From Octopus bimaculoides (Eukaryota), in contig NC_068995.1 of NCBI RefSeq assembly GCF_001194135.2, positions 34,203,453 through 34,254,599 on the forward strand: DNA of 51,147 nucleotides, in the 5' to 3' direction. This document shows, in pieces, positions 23,907 to 35,149 of the stretch. Positions within the stretch are counted from its first letter, which is position 1, and each line of letters begins with the position of its first letter. A model generated the notes under the pieces. The model was given only the letters and a program-made list of their open reading frames with translations, was not told where the DNA came from and did not search any database. The position numbers were made by a program, and so were the translations under genes.

Positions 23907-23907
23907 C

Positions 23908-24240
23908 TAAGTATAATTATAAAAATATGATGATAGCAAAGGGCGCTGAAGTGACAACGCCTGTACACTAGAAATAAACGCCAAATGGACTACAAACGAC
24001 TTAAGTTATTACTCCGTATATCACAAGGTTGTGTGCGAGGAAAATGGACAGAAAGGATTTATAAGAATATTGTGGACGGGCGCAGGTATGGCTGTGTGGT
24101 AAGAAGCTTGCTTCCCAACTTCATGGTTCCGGGTTCAGTTCCACTGCGTGGCACCTTGGGCAAGTGTCTTCTACTATAGCCTCGAACCGACTAAAGCGTT
24201 GTGAGTGGATTTGGTAGACAGAAACTGAATAAAGCCCGTC

Positions 24241-24272
<32 letters not shown>

Positions 24273-25281
24273 NNNNNNNNNNNNNNNNNNNNNNNNNNNN
24301 NNNNNNNNNNNNNNNNNNNNNNNNNNNNNNNNNNNNNNNNNNNNNNNNNNNNNNNNNNNNNNNNNNNNNNNNNNNNNNNNNNNNNNNNNNNNNNNNNNNN
24401 NNNNNNNNNNNNNNNNNNNNNNNNNNNNNNNNNNNNNNNNNNNNNNNNNNNNNNNNNNNNNNNNNNNNNNNNNNNNNNNNNNNNNNNNNNNNNNNNNNNN
24501 NNNNNNNNNNNNNNNNNATATATATGTATGTATGTATGAATGTATGTATGTTTGTGTGTATATATATGTTTGTGTGTCTGTGTTTGTCCTCCCACCATCG
24601 CTGGACGACCGATGCTGGTGTGTTTACGTCCCCGTAACTTAGCGGTTGGGCAAAAGAAATCGATACAATAAATACTTGGCTTACAAAGAATAAGTCTTGG
24701 GGTCGATTTGTTCGACTAAAAGGCGGTGCTTCAGCATGGCCACAGTCAAATGATTGAAACAAATAAAACAATAAAAGAAAAAAAGAATAACCCTATATCT
24801 TAAGATAATTATACTTAAATATAATTATACTTAATTATGAATTAACCAATATGGCCTTGTTGGTACGCTGGTCCCTGATAAATCATTATATAATGACTTT
24901 ATCCTAATCATGTATAAATATATATTCATTCACTCCACAAACATGTTTGCTGAGTAAATATGCACATGGTGAAATGGACGTTCGAGTTTTTACTTCGTGT
25001 ATATGTATGTGAACTGCATGTATATATTCGTATTTGTACGGCAGTGTATCTATTGTGTATATATGTATTTCTCATTTATTTACAATTGGTTTACTCTACT
25101 GATGATTGGAAAGTGGTTTTAATATTGCAAGCCGTGAAATCTATTTTCCTCGCATACAACCTTGTGGTATACGGTGTAATAACTTGAGTGGTTTGTAGTC
25201 CATTTGGCGTCTATTTCAAGCGTACAGGCGTTGTCACTTCAGCGCCCTTTATTATAGTCATATTTTTATAATTATGCCTAA
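23908..25281. repeat. ~138-bp inverted repeat pair (23908-24045 and 25143-25281)
   Basis: aaagggcgctgaagtgacaacgcctgtac...gccaaatggactacaaac...cacaaggttgt.tgcgaggaaaat on opposite strands. Confidence 0.85.
24079..24790 (+). mobile_element. Full-length SINE family A (tRNA-like head, internal (TA)n with gap, tail)
   Basis: ggcgcagg..tggctgtgtggtaagaag...ggttcagttccactgcg head; ccaccatcgc...gcatggccacagtcaaatga.tgaaac tail; AAAAGAAT repeats at the end. Confidence 0.88.
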
Positions 25282-25359
25282 ATATAAATGAACCAATATG
25301 GTCTTGTTGGTTCGCTGGCCACAGATAAAGCATTAAATAATGACTTTATCCTAATTCTG

Positions 25360-25363
<4 letters not shown>
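24844..25363 (+). repeat. ~73-bp direct repeat pair (24844-24916 and 25291-25363)
   Basis: aaccaatatgg.cttgttggt.cgctgg.c.c.gataaa.catta.ataatgactttatcctaat..tgtata twice. Confidence 0.85.
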
Positions 25364-25420
<57 letters not shown>

Positions 25421-26176
25421 TTCTTATTTGTACTACGCAGTGGGACTGAACCATGATGCTGGGAGGCAAACTTCTTACTACACAACCTCTCCAGACAGTT
25501 CGATATCATTCTCTTGACACCGCCAAAAGATATAGACAAAACATAATCTCGCTAACATAATCTCGCCAACCTCAGTGATAATCATTAGATAATAGATACC
25601 ATGACATTGAGAAGAATATTTTTCTCTAGTTTGTTCAATGATATAAACGAATGGAAAAAAGAAACCGTAACTGTGGCCCCTTTGAATGGACTCTGACGAT
25701 TCAGAAACGATTGGCTGAAACACACCAAGGCTTACTGAAAGTAGGGTTTGGGTAACGAGAGGGAGGATGAGCAGATCAAAGCTCCAAGCTATCATTTTGT
25801 TTAATTTTAGAATATTTACTTTTCAGAAAAAAAGTTAAGGAAGTAGTTAACTATAAGACAGACAGTTGGGTTTTGTATTGGGGTATTTTAAAAGAGAATA
25901 GTTTATTTCTTTTCATTTGAGCATTTTCTTAGACTTAAGCGATCACATAATAAATAGGCTTGTGTTGACAGACATTTATCTTTGTTTTAAGTAAATTCAA
26001 ACTGATTTTATCTTCTAAAATAGCAATTTTTGTCAGTTACAACTGGTAAGTAATGGCCACTTAACATGCAGTGGATCCTGTGGGTCTTCATTAGAAAACT
26101 TGTCTTGAGCAAAGGAGAAGCCAAAGTGAAATGAAGGAGACTCCAAATTTAGAATCTCAGACAAAGGAAGATGACG

Positions 26177-26258
<82 letters not shown>

Positions 26259-26444
26259 TTGTGAGAGGAGAAAGGAAAGCGTGAGAAGAAAAGAGAGGAT
26301 GATAGGAGAAAAAGGTAGAGAGAGGGAGAATATAGAAAAAAAACATTAGAAGTGAATCAAGTAAACAAAATTAATAAGTTTCAGTAAATGATGAAGTCTT
26401 ACCCACACTTCTTTGATGAATGTGTAAAATATAATGTTATATAA

Positions 26445-26792
26445 AGCGGCGAGCTGACAGAGTCAATAGTCCGCCGGGCAAAATGCTTTGCAGCATTTCG
26501 TCCGTCGTTACTTTTATATTTTCAAATTCCAGCAAGGTCGACTTTGCCTTTCATCCTTCGGAGCCGATAAAATAAGTAACAGTTGAGCACTGGAAGGCGG
26601 CGAGCTGGCAGAGTCGTCAGCACGCCCGGCAAAATGCTTAGCGGCATGTCGTCCGCCTTTACATTCTGAGTTCAAATCCTGTCGAGGTTGACTTTGCCTT
26701 TCATCCTTTCGAGGTCGATAAGATAAGTGCCATTCGAGAACTGAGGTCAATTTAATCGACTTAACCGCTCCCCTTGTGTCAAAATTTGAAAT
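26445..26792 (+). mobile_element. SINE family B head-to-tail pair; first copy 3'-truncated
   Basis: gcggcgagctg.cagagtc starts at about 26445 and 26596; atgttatata / atgtaatata flank the pair. Confidence 0.85.
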
Positions 26793-27109
26793 CTATGTAA
26801 TATATGCTTAAAATACAAACAGAAAACATTGTGTCATCGCTTCAAAATGCTTTGAAATTTCACTGAAAAACTTAATGATTTTTATTTTATTTTATCCAAA
26901 TGCTTTCTATATATTTACTCTCTTCTTTCTTTCCTTCTAAAATCCTTTGTCTTCTTATGCCTTTCTTTCTCCTTTCATCGTCTCTTTTTCATTGTATCTG
27001 ATTGTAAAGCTAACGTCACCTTTATCTCCTATAGCTTTTCTCTTGTTCAAGACAAGTTTTCTAATGAAGATCTACAGGAACCATTGCATGTTAAGCGGAC
27101 ATTACTTAC

Positions 27110-27187
27110 CTGTCGTAAGTTCTACGAAATGGACGTGAAAGCGTAAATAAGACAAAACTCTTTCTTCCGCCATACTCATTTGTATAA
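27110..27187 (-). other. Candidate 78-nt exon
   Basis: tttattcattcag| ... cgacag|gtaagt; two frames open (YTNEYGGRKSFVLFTLSRPFRRTYD or IQMSMAEERVLSYLRFHVHFVELTT). Confidence 0.28.
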
Positions 27188-27600
27188 CTGAATGAATAAA
27201 GCTTTCATATACACTTTAGTAATTATTGTAAGTGATTTACTGAATGAAACACTGAAGAATTAGTATTCGTACGTGCATGCAATTATCGCCACTGCTAACT
27301 TCTCAAACGTATAACCACATATTTGCAACCACACAGAATTACTGTCTGGAATAACAATTTCGACTCTGCTGGATAACCATCTTGGATTTCATCGTATCCA
27401 TTTTAATCCATCTGCATACAAACTATCTTTTGCGCGTTCAGCAAAGCACATATACAAAAAGTAATAATACATAAATAGACTCATACGCACTATGCAACAC
27501 ATATGCACGCACAGACTTTGTCCACTTCTATTGTCTCTCTTTCTCACACCTTCTTTCTCTCACATATGTACTCATATACACTTATACACAATCACTATCG

Positions 27601-27651
<51 letters not shown>

Positions 27652-27694
27652 NNNNNNNNNNNNNNNNNNNNNNNNNNNNNNNNNNNNNNNNNNN

Positions 27695-27748
<54 letters not shown>

Positions 27749-27779
27749 TTCTCTCTCTTGTATATTCCAAGAGACTTAC

Positions 27780-27816
27780 AGACGGGAATATAAATGGCAG
27801 ACTAATCCCCGGCGAA
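27780..27816 (-). other. Candidate 37-nt exon
   Basis: ttttatgtttaag| ... |gtaagt. Confidence 0.22.
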
Positions 27817-27965
27817 CTTAAACATAAAAACGATAATAGAAAATTTATAGAAGACATTTTAGATTAAGAATGATTTAAGCAAATACAAAGCTACAGGAAA
27901 GTGCAATCAAATATATTTCCTAAGAATGTGTCATACCTGGAGCAGGCTATGAATACAAGACTTAC

Positions 27966-28008
27966 GAACCAATAGTGTTGCACATATTCTCTTCAATTAT
28001 TATCCCTT
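27966..28008 (-). other. Candidate 43-nt exon
   Basis: tttgtttaaagttcag| ... |gtaagt; one frame open (GIIIEENMCNTIG). Confidence 0.2.
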
Positions 28009-28029
28009 CTGAACTTTAAACAAAATAAT

Positions 28030-28487
28030 CCTTTCTTGCTTTGGTACAATGCCAGCAATTTCAGCGGTTGGGAAGTGGGTAAGTCAATGACATCGACCCC
28101 AGTGTTCAACTGATACTTATTTTAATGAAGCCGAGAGGATGAAAGACAAAGTCGTCCTCGGCGCATTTGAACTCAGAACGTAAAGACGAACGAAATACTG
28201 CAAAGCATTTTGTCGAGCGTGCTAAAGATTCGGCCGGTTCACCGCCTTAACTTTAAACAAAATAATGGTTTCCAATTCTGTTACAAGGCCATATATTCCG
28301 GGGAGATGGGGAGAGGTACGTCGATTACATCGATCCCAATGCTCAACTGATGCTTATTTTATCGACCCCGAAATGATGAAAGTCAAAGTCGACCTCGGTG
28401 GAATTTGAACCCTGAACGTAAAGGCAAGTGAAATACAGCTAAGCATTTTTGCCCGATAATGCTAATGACTCTGCCCGATCGCCACCT
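28030..28487 (-). mobile_element. Two tandem SINE family B copies
   Basis: About 28030-28247 and 28267-28487; 18-bp TSD aactttaaacaaaataat at 28012-28029 and 28249-28266. Confidence 0.85.
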
Positions 28488-28637
28488 CTACCTTAAGCAA
28501 AATCATGTGGAAACTTGATTGGTTGAAATGGCACAAGGGTCTTTTACAAAGATTTTATCAATCAGCAGAGCAGCCAGCTACATCAAGTTGTCATTGCAAC
28601 ATACCATAGCAAGTGAAACAAAAACACTGGTTAATAA

Positions 28638-29040
28638 TTCTTTTATTCTTTTGTTTGTTTCGGTCACTTGACTGCGGTCATGCTGAAGCACTGCCTTAAG
28701 GGTATTTTAGTCGAAGTAATCGACTCCAGGATTTATTCTTTGTTAGCCTGGTCTTATTCTATCGGTCTCTTTTGCCGAAACGCTACGTTACGGGGACGTA
28801 AACACACCATCTTTGACTGTCAAGCGATGGTGGGTGGGAAAAACGCAGACAAAATAACACACACATAAATATATATATATATACGACGAGCTTCTTTCAG
28901 CTTCTTAGCAAATCCTCTCATAAGGGTTTGTTCGGCCCGAGGCTATTGTCGAAGAAATGTGCCCATGATGCCACGCAGTGGGACTGAACGCGAAACCATA
29001 TGGTTGGGAAGCAAACTTCGGACCACACAGCTACGTGCCC
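28638..29040 (-). mobile_element. SINE family A
   Basis: Tail and head match 24079-24790 in reverse. Confidence 0.85.
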
Positions 29041-29069
29041 CAACTTAAAATATTTCCAAAACAAGAATA

Positions 29070-29526
29070 TTGGTTTCAAATTTTAGTACAAAGCCAGTAA
29101 TTACGGGGAGGGTTTAAGTCGATTACATCGACTCTAGTGTTGGACTGGTATTTATTTTATCGACCCTAAAAGGATGAAAAACAAAGTCGGCCTCGACAGT
29201 ATTTGAACTCAGAATGTGAAGACGGACGAAATGCAGCTAAGTATTTTGCTCGGCGTGCTAACGATTCTGCAAACTCGCCGCGTTACATGTTTGAAAGATA
29301 TTAGTTTCAAATTTTGGTACAAGGCTAGCAATTTCGGGTGGGGGGTGGGGGGTGGGGTAAGTAGATTACATCGACCTCAGTGTCCAATTGATACTTATTT
29401 TATCGACCCCGAAAAGGATGAAAGGCAAAGTCCACTCCGGTGGAATTAGAACTCTGAACGTAAAGGCGGATGAAACGCTGTTAGGCATTCTGTTCGGCAC
29501 GCTAACGATTCTGCCAGCTCGCCGCC
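29070..29526 (-). mobile_element. SINE family B dimer with a single flanking TSD
   Basis: tttccaaaacaagaata at 29053-29069 and 29527-29543 brackets both monomers. Confidence 0.87.
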
Positions 29527-29572
29527 TTTCCAAAACAAGAATACTAATTATAGAAGTTATGTTAACTGTATA

Positions 29573-30023
29573 TTTTATTTTTACTTGTTTCAGTCATGCA
29601 CTGTGGCCATGGTGGGATAACGCCTTGGAGGGTTTAGTCGAAAAAGTCTATCGCAGTACATATTTGTAAGTTATTCCATCGGTCTCTTTTGCCGAACAGC
29701 AAGGTTACGAGGACGTAAACAAACCAATACCCATTGTCAAGTGGCGGTGGTGGAGGTCGTGGCAAACAGAAACACAAGGACACACGCGCGCACGCACACG
29801 CGCGCGCATGCACACGCGCGCGCACGCAATTATATACATAATGATATATGTATATGTATGCGGCAGGCTTTCACATTGTTTCCCTCTCTCAAGTTCATTC
29901 ACGAGGCATTGGTTACACTTCGGCTCTAGCAAATGATACTTTCTCAAGGTTCCGCACAGTGGTATTGAACCGGAAAACATGTGGTTGCAAAGTGAGGTTC
30001 TTAAGCACACGGCCAGCCTGCGT
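29573..30023 (-). mobile_element. SINE family A, diverged
   Basis: cttgtttcagtca...atcggtctcttttgccgaac...ccgcacagtggtattgaaccgg. Confidence 0.75.
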
Positions 30024-30324
30024 CTACAAATTTCCATTAATTAATATACAATCACACCTCACCCTACGTTAATTGGTTCCTGAGGACACGACTTACGTCA
30101 AAATAACCATTATTTAAATGTATATACATGTAATGATTAAAACCTAGGCTAGCCTGGGTTGTTTTTATGTTAACCTACGAATTCGGTAAATTGTTAGGCA
30201 AACCTAGACTGCTTTTATATTAGAAAGAAATAATTTCAAATACTGTACTGTTGCCTACCTGATGGCTGACGTCAGTGTTACTCGTTGAGGCTGGTGTAGG
30301 AGGAAGAGGATGATGATGAGGAGA

Positions 30325-30561
30325 TTACACACTAGATGTCGATGGTGTAAATCGTTGTGCAAACTTGTCTAAAGTTCCTTGAATTGTTTCTTTCTTCTTC
30401 TCTTCAAGGATTTGGTAATAATGTGCAATACTATCTTGACAACCCCCCAATATTTTTACAAAACGGTGTGCATTGGGATCTATTTCCTCAAATAAAGCAA
30501 GACATTTATCTAAATGAAAAAAGGCCTCTTGGATTTTCTTCAATGTAAAACGACGAAGCAC
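30325..30561 (-). pseudogene. pogo/Tigger-like transposase C-terminal fragment
   Basis: RFTLKKIQEAFFHLDKCLALFEEIDPNAHRFVKI...YYQILEEKKKETIQGTLDKF resembles the Tigger1 C-terminus (RFT..EMARGF..FEEAL..FE.QDPN.ER...YDEKKRATTQTSLDRF). Confidence 0.7.
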
Positions 30562-30834
30562 GGGATCAATGATGCATACTGTATTTTAACATTAATTTTG
30601 ATATGCTATGCAGATCATGTTTCTATTGATTTTTTATTTCTTTCCCGGAGACGAAGACGATCGTGATTAGGCGAATCAATCCGGAACTAACAGTACAGTA
30701 TAGTATGAACGTTATTGCTGTTTTGCTAGGCGACGTAAATTAATACCGTATTTGATATTTATTTAATAGTTTAGCAAGACCGATGTATCTTCGGAAATGA
30801 CGTATGTCGAAACGACTTAACTACAGATATATGG

Positions 30835-31035
30835 CAGAATCATTAGTGTGCCGGGCAAAATGCCTAACGGTATTTTGTCCGTCTTTACGCTCCGAGTTCA
30901 AATTTCGCCGAGGTCGACTTTGCCTTTTATCCTTCGGGGTCGATGAAATAAGTTCCAGTTGAGGACTGGAGTCAATGTAAATGACTTAACCCCCTCCTCC
31001 AAAATTGCTGACCTCGTGCCAGAATCTGAAATCAA
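30835..31035 (+). mobile_element. SINE family B
   Basis: ggcagaatcattagtgtgccgggcaaaatgc...gagttcaaatttcgccgaggtcgactttgcc. Confidence 0.85.
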
Positions 31036-31395
31036 TATATGCGTCATTCCCGAGTATTCCGGTAATTTCATCAACTGAACTGAATTAATTTTGAATTAGA
31101 GTGTAAGTAGCTGAGTATTTCGAAGACATACGTATCTTTGTGACGCAGCCAATGACAAGGCTAATTTGGTTGTTTAGAATTACAAGCGGGTTTCTACACA
31201 CTTTCCATTTTCCCAATTCTACTCTATGACTTAAGTTCATGAGACACTGCTTCAAGACAGCACTCCGAAGGATTGAACTCGGGATTCCATGACTACGAAG
31301 TGAATTTACCAACGATTCGGTAACACCTGCACCCTAATAAAAGCAAAAGGACAACACGCAATACGGATTGCTAGGGGAAAAATTAGTTAAGTGAA

Positions 31396-31445
<50 letters not shown>

Positions 31446-31559
31446 GTCATGGGATGAATTTGGACGAAAATGTTAAGGAGTGAATGTTGTATGTAAATAT
31501 TTCTTAATTGATTCTGAAAAGGAAATTTTTAATTAAAATATTTTTCGTCCAAAGTATTT

Positions 31560-31920
31560 AGAACACCATCGCTTAAATTCTAATAAGTGAACCTTACTAA
31601 AATACTAAAACGAGAATTCACATCAAAATCCTTTCCTGATTGATAAAACAACGATAAGGCAATTGATTAAGACAGATATAACATTTATGAAGATGATTAG
31701 CTAAAATAAAATATATAAAAAAGTGATAAGGAGCATTACCAAAGAATTTAAGATGTTTCGAAACGTCGGTAGACCTTTGAATCTTATTGTAATATTTAAA
31801 GCAAAATGTTTGCAAAGAAATATGAAAGAAACCATTGCAAAGAATTCAAGACTTGGGTATTATGAGATTTTCAATATTACATGTTGAAATAAATATCCGC
31901 CTTTCTATAAAAGACATATA
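31560..31920 (-). mobile_element. Old Penelope GIY-YIG endonuclease remnant
   Basis: STCNIENLI...ILCNGF...STDVSKHLKFFG parallels NCKTKNLIYCITC in the Penelope at 19370-22290. Confidence 0.45.
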
Positions 31921-32128
31921 TTTATAGAATGTAAGGTGGTATTTGTCGTTCTTAGCCTTACAAGAAAATCGCCATTATCCTCATGATGTCATAGAATAAA
32001 GGAAATAGTTGGAATCATTCTTCGTTATTTTATTCTCCTCTTCCCCACCCACCAATCTTCTTATTCTTGTTATTTTTCTTCTTCTTTGGTTGTTTTCCTC
32101 TCACCTCCCCACCTTGCTATTATCCGCC

Positions 32129-32224
32129 ACGTAGTGAGGTAAATAACAATACTCGCTATAACGTAGTGAGGTAAATAACAATACTCGCTATAACGTAGTG
32201 AGGTAAATAACAATACTCGCTATA
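32129..32224 (+). repeat. Perfect 3 x 32-bp tandem repeat
   Basis: acgtagtgaggtaaataacaatactcgctata three times, no spacers. Confidence 0.95.
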
Positions 32225-33019
32225 ATGTAAAGCTGGTCACAACTATTCCATAATAAATGATTGCTGGAATACAGATACAAGGGATACATAAATTGCATAG
32301 AAGACTGTAAATTCATCTTACCAATTGCTTCGAAGCCGCATAACGGCATTAATTATAATTTCAGGTAGCAACATTTCGAAGTATGCCAACAGTTAGTGTA
32401 TGATTTTGCAACATTGTCAGAAAGTTAAGTAATACTAGAGAAACCCATTCTTATAAGTAAGCTCTTATTTAGATAGCTTCCACCAAAGATGAATAAAAAA
32501 GATGTACACAGAAGCTGAAATCTAAAGGCGCAGGAAGAGTAAAGTAAAATTTGAGCATTAATTTTTCCCTAAGTAGAAAAAAAAATTATTGTGAGGTTAT
32601 CGTAGTAGTTGGAGTTATATACTAGTGTAAATTAGTTAAGATAAATATTAAATAAATTTGTGAGTATTTGACTAGGTTAACTTATGTGCACTTTTAGCAA
32701 AAAGACTTCAAATTAAAGTTAACTATTTGGAAAATATTAAAAAACTTTTCTATACGAGCGCTCGCATTTTGTTGCTAATTCGTATCTGCAGCTTAATAAT
32801 TTGTATTCAGATATAAGGATATGGAATATTTCTTCAAAACAGAGATTCCATTTCCGATTCCCATTAGTGTATGGTAACGCACAACCAATGATTGAACATT
32901 TAATGTCATATTTGGTGTCTCTCTTTTACAGTCCAAATGAACCCACTCGAACTTGTACTTGTCTTTTATCTCTTACTTGTTTCAGTCATTAGACTGCAGC
33001 CATGCTGGGGCATCACCCT

Positions 33020-33330
33020 GAAAATTTTGTTCCAACAGCGTTTGCAGGACGCCCTGGCCGAGCTCTACAGATCTTTCAGGACGAGGCTTGTTTTGTTGGC
33101 TGTAGTTTCCGGCTCGGAATTTCTGAAACCCCCATTGACATTGGCTTACGCATATTGCCCAATCGCCATATACTGCATTAATATTCCTCGCACTTTCCAT
33201 TGCATTGTTGCCTTTATTGAACTCATAAAGCAAAATAAGCCGAATATGCTCCTTTGCCACTTCCATTATAGCTTTGAAAAAAATAACTGTTAAAATCAAA
33301 CTGCACTCTTCAAAACTTAGAATAAGGAAA
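33020..33330 (-). mobile_element. mariner 5' fragment
   Basis: MEVAKEHIRLILLYEFNKGNNAMESARNINAVYG..CQWGFQKFRAGNYS..RPERSVE (ATG at 33266). Confidence 0.85.
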
Positions 33331-33904
33331 TTTTTTAATCACCCACAAGGGGTCGACATAGAGGAGACAACACAAAAACATGTGAGGACACATAACACGA
33401 AAAAAATAAAAGTAAAAGTAAAATTAGAAATATGGTAACATGAGTGATACATGAAAATGAGCGCCTGCCCCACCTCAAGCAGCAACACTTACTTTCTTCT
33501 CAATCCTGTGTCCTTCAAAAGGTCCAATCCGAATTTTTCTCTCAGTTCCTCATATCCTACTTTTACCGGTATCCTTTTCAGGTTCGCATCAGTCTTCCAA
33601 TACTTATAACCTTTTTTATATTTTGCAATCACTTCCTTTTGGCTCTTGTGGTGTCTGTTTCTCTCTTTTTTTTTTACATTGTGAAGGAAGGGAATGGAGT
33701 GGGTTTGGTGCCTGTGGGGAGAGGGTGGGTCTGAGAGGTTATAGGTTGGGTGGGGATGGCTTGGAGTTCCATATCCCACTTCCTTTCTTCCTCTTTTTCC
33801 TTCTTCCCTCTGTCACTGTCCATAATTCTTCCTTTTTCCTTTCTTCCATCTGTGCCTCATCTTGTTTCTTCTCCGACTCTTATCCACTTTTTCCAGACTA
33901 TACT

Positions 33905-34055
33905 TCTGTTGAGGGTGAGGTCGACTCTTCCCCTCTTCTTTTGGGGATCGATAAAATAAGTACCAGTTGAGCACTGGGATAAAATAAGTACCAGTTGAGC
34001 AATCGTTTCGCCCCTCTACCAAAATTGGTGGCCTTTTGCCAGAGTTTGAAACCAA
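33905..34055 (+). mobile_element. SINE family B 3' part with an internal duplication
   Basis: gataaaataagtaccagttgagca occurs twice. Confidence 0.75.
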
Positions 34056-34353
34056 TAATTCCAGCGTAAATATCGAAAGTTAGTTTATTAACTTCCCAAC
34101 GATGGGGACCATATGTATGATCTTGGACAAGATCTATATACACCTTATCCTAAAACCACTTAATATGCCAAGAAGCGCTCTCAAAGGTTCTGCGAACTTA
34201 GGAAGAAAGATATCCACAAAGCAGTCTATATAACCAGATGTCGGAGTGACTATAGCCTTTAACACTCGGTTCCTTAGTCACGGTGTTATAAAACACTGGC
34301 ATAAAGTACAAATTTATTTTTAAACCTCATCCTATTATTTATACCAGATGAAG

Positions 34354-34535
34354 GCTACGAGGTGGTAGCACAGTTAACATACCGGACAAAATGCTTAACG
34401 GCATTCGTCCGTCTTTACATTCTAAGTTCAAACTCCGCCTTTCATCCTATCGGTGTCGATAAAATAAGTACCAGTTGAGCACTGAGGTCTATGTCCTCCG
34501 AAATTGCCGACCTTGTATCAGAATTTGAAATCGAT
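34354..34535 (+). mobile_element. SINE family B, diverged
   Basis: caaaatgcttaacggcattcgtccgtctttacattctaagttcaaa; TSD-like atttataccagatg / atttagaccaggtg. Confidence 0.75.
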
Positions 34536-35149
34536 ATTTAGACCAGGTGTATCGACGATATACTTATCCTTAGTGATGTGGAAACCCAGAGTGGGGGGGG
34601 GGTCATCAAGAAAGAATGCGTGCCGTTTCGGGGTCCTCCTCGGGACGGCATTATTGCGCACCGACCACTCACTGTGATGAGACCCCGCTTGCTAGATCGA
34701 CTGGTGAACGGGGGCGTCATCTGACTTAAATTTAGAATATAACATTGCACCGTTCTTTGATGCAAATGCAGCAATAAGGACAAAACGTGAAGTATCTCAC
34801 TATACAGAACACAGACACGCTCAAACGCATACACGTAAGCACACGCTCACACACATATACGCACGCTCGCACACACACATACGTACACGCTCACACACAT
34901 TTGCACACGCTCACAGATACATACACACACATTCACACACGTACGCACACGCTCACACACATACGCACACGCTCTCACACATGCACACCCTCACACGCAC
35001 ATACACTCACGCTCACACACATACGCACACACACACGTATGCACACACTCACACACACATATGCACACGCTCACACATACTTGTCTATACGTGCGTAAAA
35101 TACTACATCCTCTCAAAGACGAAAGAAAAAAATAATGTAGTGAAATCAA

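Noticed and set aside
24079-24160. tRNA genes at the SINE heads (also 7991, 14100, 49700)
   Set aside because: Only A/B-box-like motifs without a cloverleaf, fused to SINE bodies
32129-32224. CRISPR-like 32-bp repeats; tgaggta resembling the let-7 5' end
   Set aside because: No spacers and a eukaryotic context; only 7 nt match let-7 and there is no precursor hairpin
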